DNA of 51,413 bases, from NCBI GenBank assembly GCA_049802315.1, contig JBARMF010000042.1:1-51413 (forward strand). The letters are read 5' to 3'. Below, piece by piece: positions 27,678 through 35,849 of this stretch; within the stretch, counting starts at the first letter, position 1; each line of letters opens with the position of its first letter. The notes beneath the pieces were generated by a model that worked only from the letters and a program-made list of their open reading frames with translations, was not told the DNA's origin and did no database searches. The DNA comes from Candidatus Udaeobacter sp. (GTDB lineage: Bacteria > Verrucomicrobiota > Verrucomicrobiia > Chthoniobacterales > UBA10450). Both the position numbers and the translations under genes were made by a program.

Positions 27678-27776
27678 ATCTTAACCACGAACACGTCTTG
27701 GCCAATCACGGTCTAACAATTCAAGGCGGCGCAGCCATTCGCGTGATTCACCGGGTTCTGGTAAATTTGTCGCGCG

Positions 27777-29612
27777 ATGAAAACGGTCTGGCGCGTATTT
27801 GCGTATCTAAAGCGATATCCCTGGTTGGCCGCGGGGACGCTCACGTGCGCGATCTTCGGCACCTTGATGGTGATTGTGTTTCCGAGTGTGACCAAATGGA
27901 TCATTGAGGACGTGGTGCGGGCGAATCGGCCGGACAAATTGCTGCCGCTGATTTTGCTGGCCGCGGTCGCTTTTATTGTTCAGCACCTTTTCAATTCGCT
28001 CCGAATCGTTCTGAACAACACATTCGAGCAGAAAGTCATTTTTGATCTGCGCAGCGACTTGTATTCGCACATTCAACTCCTTCCGTTGCGCTGGTTTGAT
28101 AATCGGGCGACGGGCGACCTGATGACGCGCGTGATCGAAGACGTGAACTCGGTCGAGCGCGTGTTGATCGACGGAATCGAGCAAGGCGTCGTCGCGGTTT
28201 TACAAATCGTGATCGTAATGGCGGTGATGTTTTATTGGAACGCAAAGCTCGCATTGCTTGCGCTGGTGCCGCTGCCGCTGCTGATCGCGGGCGCGCTCGC
28301 TTACACGCTAACGGCGCACCGGCGGTATCGATTACAGCGGCGCGCTGCGTCGAATATCAACGCGCTGTTGCACGACAATCTTGCCGGTGTTCGTCAGATC
28401 AAAAGCTTCGCGCGCGAACGCGAGGAACACGCGCGTTTCAATCGCGCCAGCGATCAACTGCGGCATGCCACGCTGGTGGTGATGCGGACATGGGCGATTT
28501 ACTCGCCATCGATGTCGATGTTCGAAGCAATCGGCGCGTTGCTCGTGCTGGGATTTGGTAGTCACGACGTTTTGACCGGCAGCCTGCAACTCGGAGATCT
28601 GGTCGGAATCCTGATGCTCATGGCATTTCTTTACGATCCCATCAGCCGGTTGCATCAGTTGAATCAATTGGTGCAGGCCGGCCGTGCAGCGGGCGAACGT
28701 GTGTTTGAGATTCTCGACGAAGACGCCGAGCCGGGAGTTGTAGCCGTGGTCGGTGACCCTGGGACCGCGGCCGACGGCCGCGGCTACAGTGGACGCGTCA
28801 TCGGCGACATTCGCTACGACGATGTGAGCTTCAGTTACGTCGACGGGTTATCTGCGCTTCGGCACATTTCTTTTCACGCACCACCGGGCACCACGACTGC
28901 GCTCGTCGGCGCGACTGGCGCGGGAAAATCGACGCTGGTGAATTTGCTCGTGCGCTTTTACGAGTTCGACTCGGGCCAGATTTATGTCGATGACAAACCC
29001 GTTCGAGAGTACGACCTGCGCACTTTACGCGAAGGCGTCGGAGTCGTGACGCAGGAAAGCTTCCTTTTCAACGGATCGATTCGCGAAAATCTTTTGATGG
29101 GCAAACCAACGGCCAGTGACGCGGAACTATGGCGCGCGGTGGATGCCGCGAATGCGCGACAATTCATCGAGCGTTTGCCACAAGGATTGGAGAGCGTGGT
29201 TGGCGAGCGCGGCGTGAAATTGAGCGTGGGCGAGAAACAGCGGCTCTCAATTGCACGGGCGCTGCTCAAGGATCCGCCCATTTTGATTCTCGATGAAGCA
29301 ACAGCCAGCGTGGACACGGCGACAGAACGCTTAATCCAAGAGGCGCTGGAACATTTGATGGCGAATCGGACGTCGATTGTGATTGCACACCGCCTTTCGA
29401 CAATCGTCGGTGCGGACCAGATCCTGGTGTTGGATCACGGCCGCATCGTCGAGCGCGGCACCCACGCCGAATTGCTGGTGCTCGATCAAAAATACGCGCA
29501 GTTATGCCGTCAGAGTCTGTTAGAATCGTCGCCTCAGCGCGAAGCAGAGTCTGACGAGGAAATTGTCACCTCAGAAGTTGCGGAACCGGAAGAACAACGA
29601 TTGTCGGTCTAA
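27777..29612 (+). CDS. ABC exporter, fused permease/ATPase (MsbA/ABCB-like)
   Basis: 611 aa with six N-terminal TM helices. Walker A is GATGAGKST, the signature is LSVGEKQR, and Walker B is ILILDEATS. It carries an in-frame palindromic insert in the TMD-NBD linker. Confidence 0.9.
   Translation: MKTVWRVFAYLKRYPWLAAGTLTCAIFGTLMVIVFPSVTKWIIEDVVRANRPDKLLPLILLAAVAFIVQHLFNSLRIVLNNTFEQKVIFDLRSDLYSHIQLLPLRWFDNRATGDLMTRVIEDVNSVERVLIDGIEQGVVAVLQIVIVMAVMFYWNAKLALLALVPLPLLIAGALAYTLTAHRRYRLQRRAASNINALLHDNLAGVRQIKSFAREREEHARFNRASDQLRHATLVVMRTWAIYSPSMSMFEAIGALLVLGFGSHDVLTGSLQLGDLVGILMLMAFLYDPISRLHQLNQLVQAGRAAGERVFEILDEDAEPGVVAVVGDPGTAADGRGYSGRVIGDIRYDDVSFSYVDGLSALRHISFHAPPGTTTALVGATGAGKSTLVNLLVRFYEFDSGQIYVDDKPVREYDLRTLREGVGVVTQESFLFNGSIRENLLMGKPTASDAELWRAVDAANARQFIERLPQGLESVVGERGVKLSVGEKQRLSIARALLKDPPILILDEATASVDTATERLIQEALEHLMANRTSIVIAHRLSTIVGADQILVLDHGRIVERGTHAELLVLDQKYAQLCRQSLLESSPQREAESDEEIVTSEVAEPEEQRLSV
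28739..28788. repeat. palindromic element (tgtagccg...cggctaca family) inside the ABC exporter coding sequence
   Basis: An 8-bp outer inverted repeat (tgtagccg / cggctaca) encloses the 9-bp palindrome ccgcggccg-a-cggccgcgg. It is translated as VVAVVGDPGTAADGRGYS. The same outer clamp occurs at 49784-49865. Confidence 0.75.
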
Positions 29613-29637
29613 CAAGTTAGCGGACGAGATCGCTGAG

Positions 29638-30186
29638 CTAGGAGAGATCGCGCAGCAAAAGGTCCTGGTATTTTTGCTCCAGCTCGTTGTAACGCTGTTG
29701 GCTCTCGGCCAGTGCGCGGCGTTCTTCCTGAAGCGTTTGCTCAAGATCGCGAATTCGTTCGTGGAGACGACCGGACATTTTCGCTACGCTCGGCCCGACA
29801 GGATCGCCAAGTTGAATTTGGAATTGGTTCTCGTCGGCCTCTGACGGCGCGGTTTCCCACAGGTCGGGCATTTCCCGGACTTGACGGCGAGTACCGTCAC
29901 AACTGTTGATCACGACAGTTTCGCTATCAATTTCGCCGAGCCGAACAAATTCCCGCAAGGTACCGAGCGTCGTCGGTCCATAGTAATGCTCGCTTGTTAG
30001 CTCGACGAGCCAGTCCATGCCCAGCTGCGGTACCATCGGCGCTCTGACCCACGTCTGGCCGTCGCTCGATAGGGTGTCGTGCGGCGCGATCTGCGCCGCA
30101 GCGGCCCAACGCGTGATCTGGTCGAACTGCACCGGCCCGAAGGTGCTTCCGTCCTCGTGCTTGCGAAGAAACCACTTTTGGTTCAC
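29638..30186 (-). CDS. GYF_2 (DUF4339) domain protein with C-terminal coiled coil
   Basis: 182 aa. WFLRKHEDGSTFGPVQFDQITRWAAAAQIAPHDTLSSDGQTWVRA matches the GYF_2 pattern. A second, weaker copy follows, and the C-terminus is heptad-rich. Confidence 0.6.
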   Translation of the reverse strand: MNQKWFLRKHEDGSTFGPVQFDQITRWAAAAQIAPHDTLSSDGQTWVRAPMVPQLGMDWLVELTSEHYYGPTTLGTLREFVRLGEIDSETVVINSCDGTRRQVREMPDLWETAPSEADENQFQIQLGDPVGPSVAKMSGRLHERIRDLEQTLQEERRALAESQQRYNELEQKYQDLLLRDLS

Positions 30187-30204
30187 CGGAGATCTCGTTG
30201 TCCG

Positions 30205-30699
30205 TTAAGGCGACGGCGAACTGGAAGCAGCAGGCGATGCCGTCGGAATCGTGATGGTTTGGCCGGCCTGCAACTTACGGCCGTCTTCGATGTGGTTGGC
30301 TTTTTGCAAATCGTCCACGGTCACTTTGTACATTTTCGCGATGGACGTAAGCGTTTCTCCGCGCGCAACAGTGTGCACGTTGCCTTCGACGGGGGAATGC
30401 GATGCAGATACGCCAGCAGCGGCAGAGGTTGCTGTGGCGGGCGCAGCTTCTCCGACCATTACACCCGGCCGAGCATGCGAGAGTTCTTGCTCTAGTTTGA
30501 GAATCTCTTGAGAAAGCGCATCGATCTTGACGTTTTGTTCGTCAATCTTTTTTGCCAAAGCTTCGAGTTGCACGGATTCCGCTCGTTTTCCTTCATGCGG
30601 CGCGGGCGTCTCCGCAAATGCAGTCCAAAGTGCGAGAGCGCTTATTGCGCAAAGAACACCGATTACTTTCATCTCATCGGAATTTTGCCACCGGGACAT
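30205..30699 (-). CDS. secreted LysM peptidoglycan-binding protein
   Basis: 164 aa with a signal peptide (start possibly the Met at 30672) and a coiled-coil segment. The C-terminal LysM is HTVARGETLTSIAKMYKVTVDDLQKANHIEDGRKLQAGQTITIP. Confidence 0.8.
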   Translation of the reverse strand: MSRWQNSDEMKVIGVLCAISALALWTAFAETPAPHEGKRAESVQLEALAKKIDEQNVKIDALSQEILKLEQELSHARPGVMVGEAAPATATSAAAGVSASHSPVEGNVHTVARGETLTSIAKMYKVTVDDLQKANHIEDGRKLQAGQTITIPTASPAASSSPSP

Positions 30700-30826
30700 T
30701 TATCTGACAAGCGGGTTCGCTGCGCTTAACCGTTGTTTTTGCAAGTGTTAACGAATCACCGCGCTGGTGCAATGATTCCGCGTGTCGGATGGCTTGCGTT
30801 TCGAACTTTTGCTCGTACGTTTTTTT

Positions 30827-31003
30827 ATGCCTGAGCGCATTCAAAAGCCGGCGGAACCGGCTCCGTGGGGACCAAAACAAGGCGATGGCGGTGGCCCGCG
30901 TTCGCCGGACGTTTCACGACCGGACACAAAGGATTTGTTAAAGAAAATGCGCAAAGTCGATCCCAACCAATCCAAGCGCTATCGCCAGCGCACCGGTCAG
31001 TAA
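30827..31003 (+). CDS. prokaryotic ubiquitin-like tag protein (Pup/UBact-like), 58 aa, C-terminal ...RTGQ
   Basis: This is the ATG-initiated part of track ORF 30782-31003: MPERIQKPAEPAPWGPKQGDGGGPRSPDVSRPDTKDLLKKMRKVDPNQSKRYRQRTGQ. It ends Gly-Gln and sits immediately 5' of prcB, with its stop overlapping the prcB ATG (TAATG). Confidence 0.7.
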   Translation: MPERIQKPAEPAPWGPKQGDGGGPRSPDVSRPDTKDLLKKMRKVDPNQSKRYRQRTGQ

Positions 31004-31827
31004 TGGACCGTTCACAGTTGGGATTTGACCAGATCTTTTCTGGTGCAGCGGATGATTTTCCTTCGCTGATGCGGCGCAAAGGTCTGCTTGGCCCGGCTGC
31101 CACCACTCCGATGCCGCAAAACGCGACGCAACAACAAACGTGGCAACCAACCGAGGCGACAACGATTCTTGCGTTCAAATTTTCCGGCGGTGTTCTGGTT
31201 GCGGGAGATCGCCGTGCGACTGCCGGTAACACTGTCGTCTACGATCGTGCGGACAAGGTTTTGGAAATCGACAGGCAATCGATAATGGCCATCGCCGGTG
31301 TGCCTGCGACCGCGTGGGAGATGGCGCGCGTGCTCGAACATTCCCTCCAATATTTTCGGCGAACTCAGCTCCAGGAGATGAGTGTCGACGGCAAAGTACG
31401 AGCGCTCTCGAAGTTATTGCGCGACAATTTCGGGTTAGTCATGCAAGGCGTAGGCATTGTTGTCCCGATCTTTGCTACTTACGACGGAAATTCGAAGCCT
31501 GAGGGGCGCCTGTACTTCTATGATGCAATGGGCGCGCAGTTTGAAGCGACCGATTACGCGGCGACGGGATCCGGCTCGCCTGCGGTCCGCGGCATTCTCT
31601 ATTATGAAAATTCCTGGGGCGCGAAGCGGCTGCATAAGCTGAACGAAGAGGAAGCGGTGTCGCTCGCTCTGCGCGCTCTCGATACCGCTGCGGAATCCGA
31701 TACCGCAACAGCGGGTGTAGATCGTGCCGGAAAGATTTTTCCTGTGATCAAGATTGTATCGCGCGAAGGCATCAACACTTTACCCGAGAGCAAAATCGCC
31801 GCCGTATTCAAAGAAATGGTTGCATGA
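31003..31827 (+). CDS. prcB: 20S proteasome beta subunit (bacterial PrcB type)
   Basis: The track ORF starts at 30865. I chose the ATG at 31003 (MDRSQLG...). A 52-aa propeptide is followed by TTILAFKFSGGVLVAGDRRATAGNTVVYDRADKV, which gives Thr1, Asp17 and Lys33 at canonical spacing. Confidence 0.85.
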   Translation: MDRSQLGFDQIFSGAADDFPSLMRRKGLLGPAATTPMPQNATQQQTWQPTEATTILAFKFSGGVLVAGDRRATAGNTVVYDRADKVLEIDRQSIMAIAGVPATAWEMARVLEHSLQYFRRTQLQEMSVDGKVRALSKLLRDNFGLVMQGVGIVVPIFATYDGNSKPEGRLYFYDAMGAQFEATDYAATGSGSPAVRGILYYENSWGAKRLHKLNEEEAVSLALRALDTAAESDTATAGVDRAGKIFPVIKIVSREGINTLPESKIAAVFKEMVA

Positions 31828-32603
31828 TCGAAGAGCCGTATCGTTGGGTCGAAGCCATCGCCAACCGGCGCGAATACATTGAAGGGCAGCTCGCCCCCGG
31901 TAGTCCCATCGCGGCGCTCGGTTACCGCGAAGGCATTCTGTTTGTCACGCTTGGTCAGACGCGCCAGAAACTTTTCGAGATCTACGATCGGATCGCAATG
32001 GGAGGGATTGGGCATCCTGGCGACATCGAGAGATTGCGAATGGCCGCGATTGAAATGGCCAGCACGGAAGGCTTCACTCGCTCGGCTGGTGATGTTTCAC
32101 TGCGGCGGCTCGCGCATTATTCGCTCAGTCCTGTCATGAAAAGCGCGTTCGAGCAGATCTATGGACCGCCTTATCTGGCGCGGATGCTTTTTGCGGAGGT
32201 GGGCGCACGCCCCGAGGACGATTTGTTTTTGCGCGTAGAATATGACGGCGAGATTGCGAGCAACGGCGCGACCTACGCGCGAGCGCGACAAGATTTTGCC
32301 GTGCTCAGCGGCACGCGCCAATCGGTCGAAATGATGGAAGCGTTTCTCAAAAGCGAGCACAAACCGGACGCCAGCTTTGAAACGGCAGTGAACTCGGCGC
32401 TCGACGCATGGAGCGTCGGGCACATGTTGTTGCAAGCCGGCGAAGCAAAAGAAGTTCCCGCGCGCGACGCAATCGCGCAACATCGCGAGGAACAACTCAA
32501 CATTGCCGCAATCGAAGCAGCAGTGCTCGAGCGCGATGGCAGCAGGCCAATTCGTTATCGTTCGTCAACAGATAAGGAATTGCGCTCCATCATTTCTCGG
32601 TGA
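31824..32603 (+). CDS. prcA: 20S proteasome alpha subunit (bacterial PrcA type)
   Basis: 259 aa with an ATGA overlap to prcB. GILFVTLG...KLFEIYDRIAMGGIG...YDGEIA...IEAAVLER resembles, from memory, actinobacterial PrcA (VLFVAEN...ISELYDRVGFAAAG...YDGSIA...LEVAVLD). Confidence 0.85.
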   Translation: MIEEPYRWVEAIANRREYIEGQLAPGSPIAALGYREGILFVTLGQTRQKLFEIYDRIAMGGIGHPGDIERLRMAAIEMASTEGFTRSAGDVSLRRLAHYSLSPVMKSAFEQIYGPPYLARMLFAEVGARPEDDLFLRVEYDGEIASNGATYARARQDFAVLSGTRQSVEMMEAFLKSEHKPDASFETAVNSALDAWSVGHMLLQAGEAKEVPARDAIAQHREEQLNIAAIEAAVLERDGSRPIRYRSSTDKELRSIISR

Positions 32604-32641
32604 TTAAATGTTGAGGCGAACTCTTCTGACGGGGACTACAA

Positions 32642-33439
32642 ATGAAACGAGCCATCCGGAATGTGCTTGGGGTCGTGGGCTTGTTGTTGATGATCGCCTC
32701 GCTTATCTGGATTTCGTTTCATCAACAGATACATCCGGCGATTCCTAAGGAATCAAAGTCAACTCAGCCGCAGACATCCAAACCATTTGCAGTAGTGGTT
32801 CTTGATCCAGGCCATGGGGGTAAAGACTCCGGCGCAATGTGTGGCGGAGTCATGGAAAAGGATCTGACATTGGACATTGCGCGCCGCGTCGAGCGGCTCC
32901 TCGACTCCGAAGGTGTCGCCACATTGATGACCCGGGTCGGCGACAGCTACGTCTCACTGGCGGATCGCGCGGCGTTCGGGAATCGGGCGAAAGAAAGCAT
33001 TTTCGTTAGTATTCATTTCAACGAAGACAACAAACCGGTCGCGACCGGTGTGGAGACTTATTATGCTGCGCATCAGATCAACTCAGACTCTACTTTCGCT
33101 TCCTGGCTCCCGTTTTTCTCGCGGCCGCCGTCCAATTCGCCCAAGCCCGAAAGCCAAACTCTCGCCGGTTTCATTCAGGAAGCGCTGGTGGTACGGACCC
33201 GCTCCGTCGATCGCGGGACGCAAGCCAAACAATTTTTTGTTATTGCAAACGTGACTTCTCCCGCGGTGTTGATTGAGGGAGGATTTATTACGAACAAGGA
33301 CGAACTTTCAAAACTTGTGAGCGAGGACTATCGCGACCAATTAGCGGCAGCGGTTGCCGACGGCGTTCTGCGATATCGCGACGCGTTGAGTCAGCGGAAA
33401 TCAGCAGTGGCAGCTACAGGTCAGAAGGGCACTGAATAG
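32642..33439 (+). CDS. N-acetylmuramoyl-L-alanine amidase (Amidase_3, AmiC-like)
   Basis: 265 aa with a TM/signal anchor. Has the VVVLDPGHGGKDSGA, SIHFNE and VLIEGGFITN motifs. Confidence 0.9.
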   Translation: MKRAIRNVLGVVGLLLMIASLIWISFHQQIHPAIPKESKSTQPQTSKPFAVVVLDPGHGGKDSGAMCGGVMEKDLTLDIARRVERLLDSEGVATLMTRVGDSYVSLADRAAFGNRAKESIFVSIHFNEDNKPVATGVETYYAAHQINSDSTFASWLPFFSRPPSNSPKPESQTLAGFIQEALVVRTRSVDRGTQAKQFFVIANVTSPAVLIEGGFITNKDELSKLVSEDYRDQLAAAVADGVLRYRDALSQRKSAVAATGQKGTE

Positions 33440-33459
33440 ACAAAGGGCGTCGTCGTCGA

Positions 33460-34212
33460 ATGACCATGAAAATCACAACTGCCGCGGTGATCTTCATGGG
33501 ATCAATGATGTTAATGCGAGCCGACCAACTCGTTGAGAGTGTGCAACAGGCTCTGAAGGACGAAGGTTTTTACTACGGCGAAGTCAACGGCGACATGAAT
33601 GCGAATGTGACTGCAGCGATTCGCCGGTATCAAATTCGCAACGGTCTGCAGGTTAGCGGCGAGCTGAATGATGAGACGCTGCGATCGCTCGGAATTAAAT
33701 CTTCCGGGTCCTCGTCGCGCTTAACGACCAAATCTGCGTCACCGACTCCTGCGACGGGGGCTGTGTCCGGCGAACCTCCTTCCGATGAGACGGAAGCCGC
33801 AAGTCCCGCCCCTCCGGTTCAGCCTTTCGGTAACGCCTCACAGGGCCAGCAGGTTTTTCCCTCGACTCCCATGGGGCCGGCCGGTTCGCCGGGGACGGTT
33901 TTTGCCGACACGCCGTTTCAGACCGCGCCTCCCGCCGTTCAACGCAATGTGATTGTCTCGGCGCAAATCGTTCTCGCACGGTCTGGACTATATCGTGAAC
34001 AAATTGACGGAATCTACGGACCCGCGATGGAATTCTCCCTTCGTGCCTACCAGGCGCGAGCGAGACTGCAGGTGACTGGCCGGCTAGATCTGGAAACCCT
34101 CGCGGCGCTGCGCTTGTTGCCCGGGCCGCGCCAGCAGTTTTCTAATCCCTATCGCCAGCGCATGCGTCCAATGCCTGGGCCGCCGGTTCGCGGTCAATGG
34201 GAGCCCGACTAG
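33460..34212 (+). CDS. secreted protein with two PG_binding_1 peptidoglycan-binding domains
   Basis: 250 aa. LKDEGFYYGEVNGDMNANVTAAIRRYQIRNGLQVSGELNDETL and LYREQIDGIYGPAMEFSLRAYQARARLQVTGRLDLETL are joined by a Pro/Ser-rich linker. Confidence 0.8.
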   Translation: MTMKITTAAVIFMGSMMLMRADQLVESVQQALKDEGFYYGEVNGDMNANVTAAIRRYQIRNGLQVSGELNDETLRSLGIKSSGSSSRLTTKSASPTPATGAVSGEPPSDETEAASPAPPVQPFGNASQGQQVFPSTPMGPAGSPGTVFADTPFQTAPPAVQRNVIVSAQIVLARSGLYREQIDGIYGPAMEFSLRAYQARARLQVTGRLDLETLAALRLLPGPRQQFSNPYRQRMRPMPGPPVRGQWEPD

Positions 34213-34214
34213 TC

Positions 34215-35033
34215 TTATTTTGGATTATCGAAACGGACCGACTGCAACTCCGCGAAAACTGTGCCCACGAAAATCTGTGCGTCGATGCGAAGGATCAGCC
34301 GCTCGGCATCGTCTGACACCCAGATTGTGGCACGACGAAATTTCTTGTGCGGCTCTAATTCGAGATGTTTTCCGATGTGTTTAAGTCGCAGATCAAGCTT
34401 GATCGCGTTGTAAGTGCCGGCGCGCACGGAGATTTTTTCTCGTCCAATCACGGTCACGGTGGCCAGGTAAGCGTTTGTTGCCGCGTAAATCGCGACGGGA
34501 TAAACGCTCCCTTGTTTGAGGGGCTGACTGCGGAGGTAAAGCGCCGCGGAGTGCAAATCGAACAAGTTAGGTAGTACGAAGTCGCGCGTGGTTGTCTTGG
34601 CGGCGGTCCCTTCGCCCTCGGTTCGTACTCGAGTCACTCCACTATTGGTGAAGGTCAGATGGGTGGCGATTTTTTTTGATCGGTAGCTTTCGGTTTGCTG
34701 CGTTTCGATGGGAGCCAGCGTTTGGGAGTTCGCAAAGGCGCGATACGTGACATCCAGTTTCCACAACGCCCGGACGAAGCCCATGGTTCGGCCTGTACCT
34801 TCGAGTTCAAACTTGTCGTTCGATGGCTTGGTGAAGTGAACTTCACCGGTGGCCGCGGTCACTCCAGACCAGCCAAAGCGATAAAACGCCCGCAGAGGGC
34901 GCAACTCTGGAAAATTCCCACGGGACTCCTTGTTAAGCGCTGCCTGCCAATCCGCAGCGAACGTACCGGCAGCAGACGGGAGCACGATCGTAATCGCGCA
35001 TATCGTTATTCGGAGTCGGGATCGAAAAAGCAT
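34215..35033 (-). CDS. DUF3108-like secreted beta-rich protein
   Basis: 272 aa with a signal peptide. The pattern (FYRFGWSGVTAATGEV..., DLHSAALYLRSQPLKQG, IWVSDDAERLILRI) fits my recollection of DUF3108. Not verified by search. Confidence 0.5.
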   Translation of the reverse strand: MLFRSRLRITICAITIVLPSAAGTFAADWQAALNKESRGNFPELRPLRAFYRFGWSGVTAATGEVHFTKPSNDKFELEGTGRTMGFVRALWKLDVTYRAFANSQTLAPIETQQTESYRSKKIATHLTFTNSGVTRVRTEGEGTAAKTTTRDFVLPNLFDLHSAALYLRSQPLKQGSVYPVAIYAATNAYLATVTVIGREKISVRAGTYNAIKLDLRLKHIGKHLELEPHKKFRRATIWVSDDAERLILRIDAQIFVGTVFAELQSVRFDNPK

Positions 35034-35093
35034 TCTTTGGAGGTTCGCAACTGCTCACGACCATCGGCGTGTCAGCAATTGATTTCATCCGTA

Positions 35094-35127
35094 CAAAAAA
35101 ATACACGCGAGTTTTCCCCGCGTGTAT
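35094..35127 (-). terminator. rho-independent terminator downstream of skp
   Basis: On the minus strand, a 9-bp stem (atacacgcg / cgcgtgtat) with a 9-nt loop is followed by a T7 run (plus-strand A run at 35095-35101). It begins 22 nt after the skp stop. Confidence 0.6.
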
Positions 35128-35148
35128 CTTTGAAATTCGCGGCGAACC

Positions 35149-35793
35149 TCAGGGCTTCGTTGCTCTTGCTGCTGCCGGGGTAACGGACGCGCCTGCTGCA
35201 GGCCTCCTCGCCGAAGTTGTAGCGCGACCCGGCTTGTTTAGGACTTCAATGATTTCGTTTGTGAAATCAACGTTTTCCGGCGCGTACAGCACGACAGGAA
35301 CCCCATTGATGCTGACGCCCGATTTATCCAGCACAAAATCGAGGTTCTTGGTTTTGACTTTCTCTATGACGACGTCGGTGATTTCCTTCACAATCCCCTC
35401 GCGCATTCGCATCAATTGCTCCTGCAACTGACGCTCCCGCGTCTGACGGAAGTCGCTGATCTCGCGTTCCATGTTTTTGATGTTGGCGATTTTGTCATCG
35501 CGCTCCTTGGCCATGCCTGTCTTTTTGTCCGCGCTCAATGCCGGGGACTCAAGCTGCTTGTTCAGATTGTTGATTTCATCGAGCGCCTTCTTGTAAGCTT
35601 CCGCCCTGTCATCGTATTCCTTTTTGGCGGCGTTTTTGGCGTCGTTGATTTTAACCTCGGCGTCCTTGGTTTTAGTGTAATCCTTAAACGCTCGCTGCAT
35701 ATCGACTGTTCCAATTTTGGCTGTGCCCTGTGCGAAGGCCACAATTGGAGCAACCAGCGTCAGCGCAAAGAGTATTGACAGAGACTTTTTCAT
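35149..35793 (-). CDS. skp: OmpH/Skp periplasmic chaperone
   Basis: The track ORF runs to 35853. I chose the ATG at 35793 (MKKSLSILFALTLVAPIVAFAQGTAKIGTVDMQRAF...). It has a long charged coiled-coil arm and lies directly downstream of bamA. Confidence 0.85.
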   Translation of the reverse strand: MKKSLSILFALTLVAPIVAFAQGTAKIGTVDMQRAFKDYTKTKDAEVKINDAKNAAKKEYDDRAEAYKKALDEINNLNKQLESPALSADKKTGMAKERDDKIANIKNMEREISDFRQTRERQLQEQLMRMREGIVKEITDVVIEKVKTKNLDFVLDKSGVSINGVPVVLYAPENVDFTNEIIEVLNKPGRATTSARRPAAGASVTPAAARATKP

Positions 35794-35849
35794 AAAAACA
35801 GATGATACGGTTGGACGAATCGGGTTAGAGTGCAACCACATATATTCGT

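Noticed and set aside
30865-31002. N-terminal extension of the proteasome beta ORF, overlapping the tag gene in another frame
   Set aside because: The extension reads as Arg/Trp-rich noise. The ATG at 31003 gives a tidy TAATG coupling and a propeptide of plausible length.
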